From contig JANPLU010000016.1 of NCBI GenBank assembly GCA_031422435.1, positions 30,148 to 94,147 on the forward strand: DNA of 64,000 bases, read 5' to 3'. This document shows positions 50,764 through 61,740 of this stretch, one piece after another. The stretch is from Acaryochloridaceae cyanobacterium VAR_48_metabat_390 (lineage in GTDB: Bacteria > Cyanobacteriota > Cyanobacteriia > Thermosynechococcales > Thermosynechococcaceae). Position 1 is the stretch's first letter, and the number at the start of each line of letters is the position of its first letter. Below the pieces are notes generated by a model. It was given only the letters and a program-made list of their open reading frames with translations. It had not been told where the DNA came from and ran no database searches. A program made the translations under genes and the position numbers.

Positions 50764-52419
50764 GTGAGTTCACGCCGATTGTCTTCGCGAAGACCGCGAA
50801 AGCCTCAGCCTTTTGCATATTTTGCAGCCCCTCCCTCTTCTGATTCGCCTTCTCGATCTGAATACCCGAGCAAAGTAGGCTCTCGACTATCACGCCTGAT
50901 GCTGTTGGGCAGTTTGGGGTTCTTTGCGGCAACGCTATGGCTGAGTCTCCAGTATTTGGTGAACCCAGATGTGGCGTTTTGGCTTGACCACGAGCTTTTA
51001 GGCATTACCCATCCGCGTCAAACCGAAGCGTCATCGCCCCAAACCTTAGATCAAATTCAGACGGGACTGACTAAAGAAGGACTGACGGCAGGGCAGCCCA
51101 TCGTGCTGAAGTCTGATTTTGCACTGCAAAGCGAGATGAAAACGGCTTCTGATATTGCAATGCCGATTTTAAAAAAAGATGCGGCAGGTGCTGCGCAGCA
51201 AGGGGCTTCCGGCTGTGACGAGCCTTGTGAAAGTATTGACCAACTCCGCATTTATCGTTCTCTTCAGTTGCCAGGGCTGATTCGGCTGTTTTTGAGCAAA
51301 CCCTACTTTCGCCTAACGGATGTGATTGCGATCCGGGGGCCTTCTGGCGCAGACCTACTCGCTCCCGATCAAAACCCGTTGATTTCTGCGGGTTCCGATC
51401 AGCCTTTACCCCTCACTCAATCGGATGTTTATAACCCTGCGCCTCAGCCCGGTCTGTGGCTACGCCTCACGGGACTTCAAACTCAAGGCAGCAGTGTTTC
51501 AACCTATGGGCAAATTTTTTACTTTGACCCGCGCCGCGAACGCCTCGATTTAATGACGAACTGGGTAAGCCCCCCAGGGGAGGTGCCGCAGTGGCAGCAG
51601 GTGACAGGAGATAATGTCCCAGAACTGGTGGTCAACCAAACGGTCGGGCTAGAACCTCAGTACGCTATTTATAAGCTTAAAATGACCGATGGTGTTGCTC
51701 ATCAATTGCAGCCGATTACGCTGATGGAGCCAGCCCTGGACGCGCCAGCCTATCTGGATGGACTCACCCTCGCAAAAAGCGGATTGTGGACGCCTGCCCT
51801 AACGCTGCTGAAGCAAAGTAAGCAGGACAATTCTAAACGTTGGAACCCAGCCGCACAGGCGCAGTTAGACTATATTCAGCTCCATGCCAACGTGACTCAG
51901 GCACAGGCCAATCAGCCTTCTGCCAGTACGGTGCAGCGAATTTTGGGCTATTTGGTCAATGGCTCTTGGTCGCCTGCTTTGGACGTTCTGCGATCGGATC
52001 GTTCTGCTCGTGCGGAGGTGCGTGAAATGCTGCTGTCTGATACGGGTCGCTTAGCCAATCGCATTGATGCTGCGCTGAAGGTTTCGCCTGGGGACACTAG
52101 CGTTGTTATATGGGGTGCGCTGCTGCGAATGGTTCGCGGGTCTGAGGCTCAGGCGATCGCCTGGACACAGCGCCAGTCTAACGGCAGAACGGCAACGGTC
52201 AAGCTGATTCAAAAGCTTTTTAAGCAGCTCAACCAGTCAGATGCTTTATCTACACCCAAAACGGTAGCCCCATCGCCTAAAGGAGCGGCGGCCTCACCCT
52301 CTCCAATACCTAAGGTATTGGTCTCCCCCCTACCTACTGCTCCATCGATAACGCCTAGCCCTGAAGCTTCAGGCCAGAATGAACCCTCTGCACCGAACCG
52401 TCCGACCAAGGGCATTTAG
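50764..52419 (+). CDS. Hypothetical single-TM protein
   Basis: 551-aa ORF with an N-terminal TM and Pro-rich tail. Confidence 0.7.
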   Translation: MSSRRLSSRRPRKPQPFAYFAAPPSSDSPSRSEYPSKVGSRLSRLMLLGSLGFFAATLWLSLQYLVNPDVAFWLDHELLGITHPRQTEASSPQTLDQIQTGLTKEGLTAGQPIVLKSDFALQSEMKTASDIAMPILKKDAAGAAQQGASGCDEPCESIDQLRIYRSLQLPGLIRLFLSKPYFRLTDVIAIRGPSGADLLAPDQNPLISAGSDQPLPLTQSDVYNPAPQPGLWLRLTGLQTQGSSVSTYGQIFYFDPRRERLDLMTNWVSPPGEVPQWQQVTGDNVPELVVNQTVGLEPQYAIYKLKMTDGVAHQLQPITLMEPALDAPAYLDGLTLAKSGLWTPALTLLKQSKQDNSKRWNPAAQAQLDYIQLHANVTQAQANQPSASTVQRILGYLVNGSWSPALDVLRSDRSARAEVREMLLSDTGRLANRIDAALKVSPGDTSVVIWGALLRMVRGSEAQAIAWTQRQSNGRTATVKLIQKLFKQLNQSDALSTPKTVAPSPKGAAASPSPIPKVLVSPLPTAPSITPSPEASGQNEPSAPNRPTKGI

Positions 52420-52479
52420 AAGATTGACTCTGATAGATTTATCAGAATGTTCAAAATCTTGATGTGATGGATTGTAGGG

Positions 52480-52767
52480 TTACTCCATAAAACTAATCAC
52501 TTTCACTTTGTTCAGCAACTTCCCTTCGTACTTTGCTGCAGTTGCCTTAATCTCTTGGAGTTGACCCAGTGCCAAGCTGCAGGGATAGCCATATTTAGCT
52601 CTAACCCGATCGCTAGCAATGGTCAAAGCGGTCTGCGATCGCGCCACAAAATCCGATAGGTCGTAGCTTTGGTCGGGGGTGAAGTATTCTTTGACGATTA
52701 GAGAAGGCGAGTAGCAGACCGCCTGAGCGCCATCAGGCCACTCGATTTGAAACTGCATTTCTGGCAT
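52480..52767 (-). CDS. MSMEG_0570 family protein
   Basis: MPEMQFQIEWPDG....CYSPSL and ASDRVRAKYG.PCSLA motifs; AGGAGG RBS. Confidence 0.85.
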   Translation of the reverse strand: MPEMQFQIEWPDGAQAVCYSPSLIVKEYFTPDQSYDLSDFVARSQTALTIASDRVRAKYGYPCSLALGQLQEIKATAAKYEGKLLNKVKVISFME

Positions 52768-52798
52768 TGGAACCTCCTAGGGATTGAAACCACTCAAT

Positions 52799-53977
52799 TT
52801 AGTTCACAGTAGCTGCTGAAACCGATCGCCGTTGCAAAAGCTGGTGATAGTGCTGCTCATGCAGACGAGCAGAAACTTCCCAAGAATACTGAGCCAAAAC
52901 GGTTTGACTCTTTTGGTGTAGCGCCTCAGAGACCTGCGGCAACAAACTTGCCATCATGGCCTGAGCGATCGCATCCACGTCATCAGGATTAACCAACAGC
53001 GCCTGTTCTGAAGTTAAAAACTCCGTAAATGGCGGCTGATTGGACGTGATGACGGGGAGGTTAGAGGCGATCGCCTCTAGTACCACTAAGCCCCATCCTT
53101 CCTTGAGGGATGGAAATACAAAGGCATCGGCACAGCGATACAGGAGGGGCAGATCATGGGCTGAAACGACGCCAGGAATGATCAGAGATTGACCCAACGA
53201 AATATTCAGGTTCTGAATCGCATCAAAAAACTGTTCTCGGTAAGGTGAAAAGTCAAAAAACGTATCACCTCCAGCGATGATGAGCTGTGCGTCGGGGTAG
53301 TGTTCTAGAACTTGAGCAAACGCTCGTACCAGAGCAATCGAGTTTTTGCGAGGTTCAATTCCTCCCACCGTTAGGTAAATCGGATGACCCCTCAATCTAA
53401 GGTGCTGTTTGAGTGCCAGTTCACTCACTGGGTCAGCGCAAAAACGTTGAGCATCTACCCCATTGGTAACGCGAACCGTTTTGACTTGATAGTGTTGATC
53501 TACCTGCTCTTGCCAATACTGGCTTACGCAAAAACATAAGTCGGGTAGACGAATGGAGCGATCTTGGCATTCCTGCAGGTATGCATGGTTGAAGTCATCA
53601 ATGTGGTGAATGGTGCGCAGATAGTGGGGGACGCGTTGGCGATCGCGCAAGATTGCCAACGCATTGGCGCTAATGCAGTCTTGGGCGTGGTAGCAGTCAA
53701 AAACTTCAGAAGATTGCTCAAAGTAGTCCACAAACTCTTGAATCCGCTGTTTGACGAGCGCTTCTACATCATCGGCAGCAGGAAGTGCTGGAATCAAACG
53801 ATACTGGCACTGAATTGGGCGACAAAATTCAGCACCCTCTTTTGCCAACGCAAAAATATAGGTTTCATGGCCTAAAGACTGAAGGGCTTCAGCAATATAC
53901 ACCGTATGCATTACCCCACCGCGGGGTTTGGTTGAATAGGTTAGAAAGGCAATGCGAAGGGTGGCTTTTGGAGTCAT
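52799..53977 (-). CDS. MSMEG_0565 family GT4 glycosyltransferase
   Basis: TYSTKPRGGV.H, HAQDCISANAL, GGIEPRKN and EGWGLVVLEA motifs. ATG at 53977 preferred; the track starts at 54022. Confidence 0.85.
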   Translation of the reverse strand: MTPKATLRIAFLTYSTKPRGGVMHTVYIAEALQSLGHETYIFALAKEGAEFCRPIQCQYRLIPALPAADDVEALVKQRIQEFVDYFEQSSEVFDCYHAQDCISANALAILRDRQRVPHYLRTIHHIDDFNHAYLQECQDRSIRLPDLCFCVSQYWQEQVDQHYQVKTVRVTNGVDAQRFCADPVSELALKQHLRLRGHPIYLTVGGIEPRKNSIALVRAFAQVLEHYPDAQLIIAGGDTFFDFSPYREQFFDAIQNLNISLGQSLIIPGVVSAHDLPLLYRCADAFVFPSLKEGWGLVVLEAIASNLPVITSNQPPFTEFLTSEQALLVNPDDVDAIAQAMMASLLPQVSEALHQKSQTVLAQYSWEVSARLHEQHYHQLLQRRSVSAATVN

Positions 53978-54043
53978 GGGGGTGCTGGCGCTGAGTAATG
54001 GAAGCCCACGGTGTGGATACATTATGTTCTTAGATCGTCAAAA

Positions 54044-55171
54044 TTAACCCACGAACGAATGCTCTACTTTTGCCCGACGATAGAAAGGGCGTTTAACCAC
54101 GGTTGCAGGACAGGCTTTTCCGCGAATCACCACATCAAGTGACGCTCCAGGCTCAGCTAAATGGGTGGGGACATAGGCTAAGGCGATCGCCTTTTCTACT
54201 GCAGGTCCAAATGTTCCACTCGTCACAACGCCCACTGATTGGCCTTCTGACTGAATCTCATAGTCATGACGGGCAATATGGCGACCCTGCATTTCTAGCC
54301 CTACTAGACGACGGTTTAGACCCTGCTCCTTTTGCTTCAGCAGTGCTTCGCGCCCCATAAAGCTCGGTTTTTTAAAGTTAACCACCCAGCCCAAACCTGC
54401 CTCAAGGGGCGTGGTCACATCATTAATATCTTGACCGTAGAGCGCCATTGCAGCTTCTAGCCTTAAAGTATCTCTTGCCCCCAACCCGCAGGGCACCACG
54501 CCCAGTTCCCGCAAGCGATCCCAAAGTGCTGTGCCTGCTGCTGGCGATAGCATGACCTCAAACCCATCCTCGCCGGTGTAGCCTGTGCGGGCAACCCAGA
54601 CGGGCTGCTCCATGAGGGTGACGTAGGCATGACCGTAGATGGGAATGGCTGACAGAGGATCTGGGGTGAGGGTTTGTAAAAGGGCGATCGCCTGAGGCCC
54701 CTGCACCGCAATCAAAACCTTTTGGTCAGACTCATCGGTCAGCACATGGTCTGATTCAAAGTGCGCCACCAGCCATGCCATATCCTTCGCCGTTGTTGCC
54801 GCATTCACGATAATTGTGGCGGTACTTAAGCCGGAGGGTAAATTTTCTTGAGCATAGATAATCAGATCGTCAATGATGCCACCCTCGGGATTCAGCAACA
54901 CCGTATACTTTGCCTGACCAGGCTTTAAGAGAGATAAATCAGAAGGAACCAGTTCTTGAAGGGCTGCCAATACATCTGACCCCTGGAGCTGAAACTTACC
55001 CATGTGGGAAATATCAAACATTCCAGCATGTTTTCGTACGGCTAAATGCTCTGCGGTAATGCCCTCATACTGAATGGGCATCTCCCAGCCCCCAAACCCC
55101 ACCATTTTGGCCTTGAGAGTCTTATGGCACCCAAACAGTGACGTTTGCTTTAGCGATGGTTCTTGCCCCAA
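54044..55171 (-). CDS. gcvT: Glycine cleavage system aminomethyltransferase T
   Basis: FGGWEMPIQY, FDISHMG, RTGYTGEDGFE and GARDTLRLEA motifs. Confidence 0.96.
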   Translation of the reverse strand: MGQEPSLKQTSLFGCHKTLKAKMVGFGGWEMPIQYEGITAEHLAVRKHAGMFDISHMGKFQLQGSDVLAALQELVPSDLSLLKPGQAKYTVLLNPEGGIIDDLIIYAQENLPSGLSTATIIVNAATTAKDMAWLVAHFESDHVLTDESDQKVLIAVQGPQAIALLQTLTPDPLSAIPIYGHAYVTLMEQPVWVARTGYTGEDGFEVMLSPAAGTALWDRLRELGVVPCGLGARDTLRLEAAMALYGQDINDVTTPLEAGLGWVVNFKKPSFMGREALLKQKEQGLNRRLVGLEMQGRHIARHDYEIQSEGQSVGVVTSGTFGPAVEKAIALAYVPTHLAEPGASLDVVIRGKACPATVVKRPFYRRAKVEHSFVG

Positions 55172-55317
55172 AATGATTCTCTCCTCGTCAATAGCGTCAT
55201 TTTAAGGCCACTGTAACAATTCTGGTAACGGTGATGAACCAACGCCTACCACCCATTAAGGTAAGGTTTAACGCGATGGAAGGCCGCTCTCAATAGCGTT
55301 TCTAAGCATCCAAGTGT

Positions 55318-56160
55318 GTGTCTCAAGATATGTTTAAAGATGCCCGAGATTTTCAGATTTGTTTTTTAAGCCTATTTTTAGGGCTGGGGCTATGGCTGAA
55401 GGACTGGACGCTTCGGCCTGATGTGGTATTGAGCGCGATCGCCACTTGCATAATCATCCAAAGCTTAGCGAGTTTCTGGGTGGCGAAACAGACCGCAGAT
55501 TCACCCGCTTTTTCTTGGCTAGGCTCGTTAAGGAGCGCCCTTGTCACCAGCATTAGCCTCAGTTTGCTGCTGCGTACCGACCACTGGTACACCATGGCCT
55601 TTGCTGCATCGGTCGCCATTCTGAGTAAGTTTTTAATTCGGGTGAACCAGAAGCACTTGTTTAATCCTGCTAATGCGGGCATTATTGCGGCGCTCGTGTT
55701 GACCCAAGATGCTTGGGTTTCGCCAGGGCAATGGGGCGAATTGGGCTGGTATGCGATCGCCTTTATCGGTGCTGGCGGCATTGTGCTGGGCAGAGTGGGG
55801 CGCTGGGATACTTCAGTCACGTTTTTAGCAACCTACAGCGCCCTCATGCTGATGAGAGACTATTGGCTGGGCTGGAGTTGGGATGTGGCAGTTCATCATC
55901 TCATCAGCGGTTCGCTATTGCTGTTTGCGCTGTTTATGATTACAGATCCGCGCTCAACTCCCGATGCGCGAATGGGACGAATGCTGTGGGCGGCCTGTGT
56001 GGGTGGGCTAACCTTTGTGCTTCAGACCGTCTTTACCATTCCCACTGCGGTCTTTTGGAGCTTGTTCTGCCTTGCGCCCCTTTCGCCGTTACTGGATTGG
56101 CTTTGGAAGACTCAGCGCTTTCAGTGGAAAACGGACGCAGTATCCACACCGATCACCTGA
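55318..56160 (+). CDS. Stand-alone RnfD/NqrB-like membrane protein
   Basis: SKF....KHLFNPAN and FMITDPRSTP motifs. Confidence 0.75.
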   Translation: MSQDMFKDARDFQICFLSLFLGLGLWLKDWTLRPDVVLSAIATCIIIQSLASFWVAKQTADSPAFSWLGSLRSALVTSISLSLLLRTDHWYTMAFAASVAILSKFLIRVNQKHLFNPANAGIIAALVLTQDAWVSPGQWGELGWYAIAFIGAGGIVLGRVGRWDTSVTFLATYSALMLMRDYWLGWSWDVAVHHLISGSLLLFALFMITDPRSTPDARMGRMLWAACVGGLTFVLQTVFTIPTAVFWSLFCLAPLSPLLDWLWKTQRFQWKTDAVSTPIT

Positions 56161-56285
56161 ACAGTAACACCCATGATCGCAACCCCAATCGCCAAATCGT
56201 GTTTAAATTCGGACAGGCATCCAGAAATCGGTACCATAGAGGATAGCTAAGCATTTCATCAATACGGAATTGGAGAGTCAACACA

Positions 56286-57284
56286 ATGGATTTGGTCGCA
56301 CTCCAGGGCACCTTGGATAATGCATCCTTTGCGGTGCTGTTTATTACCATGCTGCTCTATTGGAGCAGCGCTGCATTTCCTCAGGTTCCCTTTCTCGGCA
56401 CTTTGGGCACTGCTGGTATGGCGATCGCCAATCTCTGCATCGCGGGGCTACTGGGTGCCCGGTGGTTAGAGGGTGGGTATTTCCCCCTCAGCAACATGTA
56501 CGAGTCTTTGTTTTTCCTGTGCTGGGGCATTACGACCTTTCACCTGATTGCCGAGCGTTTAGGCCAAAGCCGTTGGGTCGGCGTGGTAACGGCTCCCGTC
56601 GCGACGGGCATTACGGCCTTTGCCGCTCTGACGCTGCCTAAATCCATGCAGGTATCAGAGCCGCTGGTACCCGCGCTCAAGTCTAACTGGTTGATGATGC
56701 ACGTCAGCGTCATGATGATGAGCTACGCTGCCCTCATGGTGGGTTCACTGCTGGCGATTGCCTTTCTTGTTTCGACCTGGGGTAAAGACATTGAGCTAAA
56801 AGGCAGTTCCGTAGGCACAGGCGGATTTCGCAGCCAACTCAAGCAGTCAGATAGCACTCCAGTAAACCCAGCGCCAACTCTAGCCTTTGCGGTTTCAGGA
56901 GAAGGTGGCACCGCTGTGCTGGATCGACCCGCGCAGACAAAATCGACCCTAACGCTTCAGCGTCTAACCCTTGCAGAAACCTTAGATAATCTCAGCTACC
57001 GCATTATTGGTCTTGGCTTTCCTCTCCTTACCATTGGGATCATTTCTGGGGCAGTTTGGGCCAACGAAGCGTGGGGTGCGCCCTGGAGCTGGGATCCTAA
57101 AGAAACATGGGCGCTTATTACCTGGCTGATATTTGCAGCCTATCTCCACGCTCGCATTACCCGTGGATGGCAGGGTCGCCGTCCAGCTTACCTGGCATCC
57201 TTAGGCTTTTTTGTGGTGTGGATTTGCTACCTAGGCGTCAATTTGCTCGGTAAAGGTCTACATTCCTACGGTTGGTTCTTTTAA
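56286..57284 (+). CDS. ccsB: c-type cytochrome biogenesis protein (system II, CcsA/CcsB)
   Basis: [14 protein letters not shown] and the WWD motif [16 protein letters not shown]. Confidence 0.95.
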   Translation: MDLVALQGTLDNASFAVLFITMLLYWSSAAFPQVPFLGTLGTAGMAIANLCIAGLLGARWLEGGYFPLSNMYESLFFLCWGITTFHLIAERLGQSRWVGVVTAPVATGITAFAALTLPKSMQVSEPLVPALKSNWLMMHVSVMMMSYAALMVGSLLAIAFLVSTWGKDIELKGSSVGTGGFRSQLKQSDSTPVNPAPTLAFAVSGEGGTAVLDRPAQTKSTLTLQRLTLAETLDNLSYRIIGLGFPLLTIGIISGAVWANEAWGAPWSWDPKETWALITWLIFAAYLHARITRGWQGRRPAYLASLGFFVVWICYLGVNLLGKGLHSYGWFF

Positions 57285-57405
57285 GACGATCTCTTCGTCA
57301 GGTTTAGTCCCAGGTTGTCTTTTCTCCGGTTGGCCTTGGGTTATCTCTGTGCTACTGTTCCCGTAGCCTGATGTAAACATTAAGACGCTAAGAGAACTAC
57401 TTTCT

Positions 57406-57639
57406 ATGGATATTGGACTCATCCAGAATATCGACTTGTTAGGACTTCAGGATTTTCTGATGCACGGCGGTTTGAGCCATTCTTTGCTCTCTGGCAGTAT
57501 TTGGATTGCCCAAACTTACAGAGACGACCTATTTTCTAACGTCGGTCAATCTTGGAACAATTTTATCCAGAGCGGTCAAGTTTGGGCGCTTATGATTGGG
57601 TTTATGGTGGGCTATTTTTTTCGGAGCCTAACGTCTTAA
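57406..57639 (+). CDS. Small membrane protein, hypothetical
   Basis: C-terminal W.NFIQSGQVWALMIGF..GY motif. Confidence 0.65.
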   Translation: MDIGLIQNIDLLGLQDFLMHGGLSHSLLSGSIWIAQTYRDDLFSNVGQSWNNFIQSGQVWALMIGFMVGYFFRSLTS

Positions 57640-57689
57640 TGGTTTCGAGTCACTGTTCTTTATTTTAAAATCAGCGAGTCAGCAATACC

Positions 57690-59105
57690 TTGGAAAGCCA
57701 AGCTTCAGTCCCTTCATCTTTAGCCCAACAGCCCTGGAGTCAGCGGTTTGAAGGCTCTTTACACCCTGCGATCGCCCTTTTTAATGCCAGCATTGGCTTT
57801 GATATTGCCCTGATTGAGTACGACCTCACGGGTTCTCAGGCCCATGCTCAAATGTTGGGGCACACCGGAATCCTCACGGTTTCAGAAGCAGAGGCCATTG
57901 TTGCAGGGCTAGAGCAAATTCGCCAAGAGTATCGCCAAGGCCAATTTCAGCCCGGTGTTGAAGCCGAAGACGTTCATTTTGCCGTAGAGCGTCGTCTCAC
58001 GGAGCTGATTGGCGATACGGGCAAGAAACTGCATACGGGGCGATCGCGCAATGACCAGGTCGGCACCGATATCCGTCTATATTTGCGTGATCAGATTGAC
58101 CAAATCCAGGTACATCTGCGTCAATTTCAGCAGGTTTTAGTTCAGCTTGCCGAAGCCAACATCGAAACCCTGATCCCTGGCTATACTCACCTCCAGCGGG
58201 CGCAGCCCCTAAGCCTAGCTCATCATCTGCTGGCCTACGTTGAAATGACCCAGCGAGACTATGAGCGTATGAGCGATGTGCGTCGCCGCGTCAATCTTTC
58301 GCCCCTTGGCTGTGGCGCATTGGCAGGGACGACGTTTCCCATTGACCGCCACTACAGCGCCGAACGTCTAGGCTTTGAAGGCGTTTATGGCAATAGTTTA
58401 GACGGGGTGAGCGATCGCGATTTTGCCATTGAGTTTATGGGTGCCGCCAGCCTCATCATGGTTCACCTCAGCCGCCTTTCAGAAGAGGTAATTTTGTGGG
58501 CATCTGAAGAATTTGGGTTTGTCACCCTCAAAGACACCTGCGCTACTGGTTCGAGCATTATGCCTCAAAAGAAAAACCCTGACGTACCGGAACTGGTACG
58601 GGGCAAAACGGGGCGCGTTTTTGGGCATCTTCAGGGGCTGCTGGTGATGATGAAAGGCTTGCCCTTGGCCTACAACAAAGACCTGCAAGAAGATAAAGAG
58701 GCCATTTTTGATGGGGTTAATACCGTTAAAGGATGCCTTGAGGCCATGACCATTCTGTTTGAGGTGGGCTTAGAGTTTCGTCCCGTTCGCCTCAATGCTG
58801 CCGTTGCCGAAGACTTTTCCAACGCCACGGACGTTGCCGATTATCTGGCCTCCAAGGGTGTCCCCTTTCGGGAGGCGTACAACATTGTGGGGCAGGTGGT
58901 GAAAACCTGTCTGGCGCAGGGCAATCTCCTCAAGGACTTGACCTTAGAAGAATGGCAGGTACTCCATCCTAAGTTTGAGGCCGATATTTATGGGGCGATC
59001 GCCCCTCGTCAGGTCGTTGCAGCACGCAATAGCTACGGTGGAACAGGCTTTGATCAGGTGAGGCAGGCGCTGGATCGGGCGCGATCGCTGCTGCTGAACC
59101 CCTAA
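57690..59105 (+). CDS. argH: Argininosuccinate lyase
   Basis: [18 protein letters not shown] and [12 protein letters not shown] motifs. Confidence 0.97.
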   Translation: MESQASVPSSLAQQPWSQRFEGSLHPAIALFNASIGFDIALIEYDLTGSQAHAQMLGHTGILTVSEAEAIVAGLEQIRQEYRQGQFQPGVEAEDVHFAVERRLTELIGDTGKKLHTGRSRNDQVGTDIRLYLRDQIDQIQVHLRQFQQVLVQLAEANIETLIPGYTHLQRAQPLSLAHHLLAYVEMTQRDYERMSDVRRRVNLSPLGCGALAGTTFPIDRHYSAERLGFEGVYGNSLDGVSDRDFAIEFMGAASLIMVHLSRLSEEVILWASEEFGFVTLKDTCATGSSIMPQKKNPDVPELVRGKTGRVFGHLQGLLVMMKGLPLAYNKDLQEDKEAIFDGVNTVKGCLEAMTILFEVGLEFRPVRLNAAVAEDFSNATDVADYLASKGVPFREAYNIVGQVVKTCLAQGNLLKDLTLEEWQVLHPKFEADIYGAIAPRQVVAARNSYGGTGFDQVRQALDRARSLLLNP

Positions 59106-59186
59106 AAAACTTGAGCAAACCGTTCGTACAGTGCCACTCCGGAATCGTTTGACCGCTAAAGTATTACAAAAAATTATTACAAAATA

Positions 59187-59603
59187 ATGCAGGAGTCACT
59201 GGTCTGGATGAATGCTGCCGAATGCGCCACAAGCCCTGAAGCTGCTACCAAAATCGCTGCCGTTGTGGACTTATTTAAGCGGCAGTTCCCCACGGTCAAA
59301 GCCAACCTCAAGCCCTGGGCGAGTGACCCAGATACCCAAGAGTGGGTAGATCCCCACTCCCTTGATATCGGCCTTCACCTACCCGCCGGTCAGACACTGG
59401 TGCAGCTTCGGCTCCATGAGCAAAGGCTAATTGGTATCGAGGCGGCCTGTTTTGGCCCTTTAGGTCATCAGCGCTGGCGATTTTCGACCGTTGGGGATTG
59501 GACTTTTGCGGGGAGCTATCCGCCTGCAAACGGCTTTCAAGAAACGCTAAAGCAGGTTTGTAAAGAACTCTTTTTGCTGTTTAATGATTCAGCCCCCGAA
59601 TGA
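59187..59603 (+). CDS. Hypothetical protein
   Basis: ATG ORF of 138 aa containing LKPW..DPDT...DP.S.DIG. Confidence 0.65.
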   Translation: MQESLVWMNAAECATSPEAATKIAAVVDLFKRQFPTVKANLKPWASDPDTQEWVDPHSLDIGLHLPAGQTLVQLRLHEQRLIGIEAACFGPLGHQRWRFSTVGDWTFAGSYPPANGFQETLKQVCKELFLLFNDSAPE

Positions 59604-59618
59604 TTTGCCTTCACATCC

Positions 59619-60545
59619 TTGAGCTTCAAAATGGCCTATTCTTCAAAAAAATTGGGGTCTCCTCAACGTAAGGGAGCGGTGGTAATGCGATCGCTCACTC
59701 CCTACCTCTTCTTGGCGCCAGCCTTAATCGTGCTTGCCCTGACGGTCTTTTGGCCTGCACTTCAGGCTTTTTACCTCAGCTTTACCCGCTTCGAGTATGA
59801 CCTTACCCAAGCCCCTGCGTGGGTTGGCTTTGCCAACTTTCAAAAACTGTGGCGAGATCCGGTCTTTTGGAAAACTCTGGGTAACACCGTTTTGTATCTC
59901 GTCTGCGTTGTACCGCTGCTCGTCACGCTGTCCCTGGGGTTAGCTATTCTCGTTAACCAAAATCTCAAAGGCATTCGCTGGTTTCGGACTGCCTACTACA
60001 CCCCTGTCGTCATCTCAATGGTGGTCGCTGGCATCGCCTGGAAATGGCTCTACGCCTCTAATGGTTTACTCAATCAAGGTCTGCAGCTTCTCGGCTTTGC
60101 TGAAGGTATCCCCTGGCTCACCAGTCCAAATCTTTCGCTGTTTAGCGTCATGGCTGTCACCGTCTGGAAAGGCTTGGGCTACTACATGGTGATCTACCTT
60201 GCCGGACTCCAGGGCATCCCTGCGGATCTCTACGAAGCCGCTGCGATTGATGGCTCCGATGGACTTCAAAAGCACTGGGATATTACTATTCCGCTGATGC
60301 GTCCCTATCTGTTTTTAGTAGCGGTAATCTCCTCCATTTCTGCCACCAAGGTCTTTGAAGAAATCTTCATTATGACCAAAGGGGAACCCCTCAATAGTTC
60401 TAAAACGATTGTTTATTATCTGTATGAACGTGCCTTTCAAGATTTAGAAATGAGCTATGCCTGCGCCATTGGTCTTGTGCTATTTCTAATGATTTTTGGG
60501 TTGTCCATCCTTAACCTAAAGTTAGGGCAAGTGCAGCAGTCATAA
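59619..60545 (+). CDS. Carbohydrate ABC transporter permease
   Basis: YLFLAPAL and the EAA loop LYEAAAIDG; start may be slightly downstream. Confidence 0.88.
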   Translation: MSFKMAYSSKKLGSPQRKGAVVMRSLTPYLFLAPALIVLALTVFWPALQAFYLSFTRFEYDLTQAPAWVGFANFQKLWRDPVFWKTLGNTVLYLVCVVPLLVTLSLGLAILVNQNLKGIRWFRTAYYTPVVISMVVAGIAWKWLYASNGLLNQGLQLLGFAEGIPWLTSPNLSLFSVMAVTVWKGLGYYMVIYLAGLQGIPADLYEAAAIDGSDGLQKHWDITIPLMRPYLFLVAVISSISATKVFEEIFIMTKGEPLNSSKTIVYYLYERAFQDLEMSYACAIGLVLFLMIFGLSILNLKLGQVQQS

Positions 60546-60671
60546 AAGCGCTGCTGTGGAGGACAGAACCCGCCCCAACCCCGCCATGCGTTGCTAGACG
60601 CATGGTGCAAAACGTACTAAAATCCAGCACGATGGCTTCAAAAAATCCCCCAATACCCCACGAGGAACCGA

Positions 60672-61733
60672 TTGGTGAAATTCCCCTCCTTTTTTAATTT
60701 TGGCCGCTCGTCGAGAGACATCGGCATTGATCTGGGCACCGCCAATATCTTGGTTTATGTCTTGGGCAGAGGCGTGGTCATTCGAGAGCCTTCCGTCGTT
60801 GCCATTGATCAAAACACAAAACTGCCCCTTGCCGTTGGCGAAGAGGCTAAGCAAATGGTGGGGCGTACGCCAGGTGCAATCACCACCATTCGTCCGCTGC
60901 GAGATGGCGTAATTGCCGACTTTGAAGCCACTGAAATGATGCTAAAACACTTCATCCAACGCGTCCACGGGGGTAGGACAGTGGGTGGATTGCGAGTGGT
61001 AGTGGGGATTCCTAGCGGCGTGACGGGGGTTGAGCGCCGTGCAGTAACCGATGCCGCAACGCAGGCAGGCGCAAGAGAAGTTCAGCTTGTCGAAGAGCCT
61101 GTGGCAGCAGCGATTGGCGCAGGGATGCCTGTGAGTGAGCCAACGGGCAGCATGATTGTAGACATTGGGGGGGGTACTACTGAGGTTGCGGTCTTAAGCT
61201 TGGGTGGGGCGGTCATTAGCGAATCAGTCCGCGTTGCAGGTGATGAACTCACCGAGTCGATTACCCAGTACATGAAGAAAGTCCATAACCTCGTCATTGG
61301 GGAGCGTACCGCAGAAGATATCAAAATTCGGATTGGTTCGGCCTACCCCACCAATGACAATAACGGGGCGAGCATGGAGGTACGGGGGCTTCACCTACTG
61401 TCGGGGCTGCCGCGTACTGTCGTCGTGAAAGGGCCAGAAATCCGTGAAAGCATGATCGAGCCGCTGTCTTCCATTGTTGAAGCCGTTAAACGTACCCTAG
61501 AGCGCATTCCGCCAGAACTGGCAGGAGACATTGTGGATCGAGGGATTGTGTTGGCAGGTGGGGGAGCCTTGCTGAACGGTCTCGATAAGCTGGTAAGTCA
61601 TGAAACGGGCATTGTGGTGCATATTGCAGAGGATCCTTTAAGCTGCGTTGTGCTGGGGACAGGCCGTATTCTAGAAGACTACGGCAAGTTCTCTCGCGTC
61701 TTCAGTAGTGGTACGATCAACGGTCTAGTTTGA
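60672..61733 (+). CDS. mreB: Rod shape-determining protein MreB
   Basis: IGIDLGTAN, EEPVAAAIGAG and VDIGGGTTE motifs. Confidence 0.96.
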   Translation: MVKFPSFFNFGRSSRDIGIDLGTANILVYVLGRGVVIREPSVVAIDQNTKLPLAVGEEAKQMVGRTPGAITTIRPLRDGVIADFEATEMMLKHFIQRVHGGRTVGGLRVVVGIPSGVTGVERRAVTDAATQAGAREVQLVEEPVAAAIGAGMPVSEPTGSMIVDIGGGTTEVAVLSLGGAVISESVRVAGDELTESITQYMKKVHNLVIGERTAEDIKIRIGSAYPTNDNNGASMEVRGLHLLSGLPRTVVVKGPEIRESMIEPLSSIVEAVKRTLERIPPELAGDIVDRGIVLAGGGALLNGLDKLVSHETGIVVHIAEDPLSCVVLGTGRILEDYGKFSRVFSSGTINGLV

Positions 61734-61740
61734 AGGTGGG

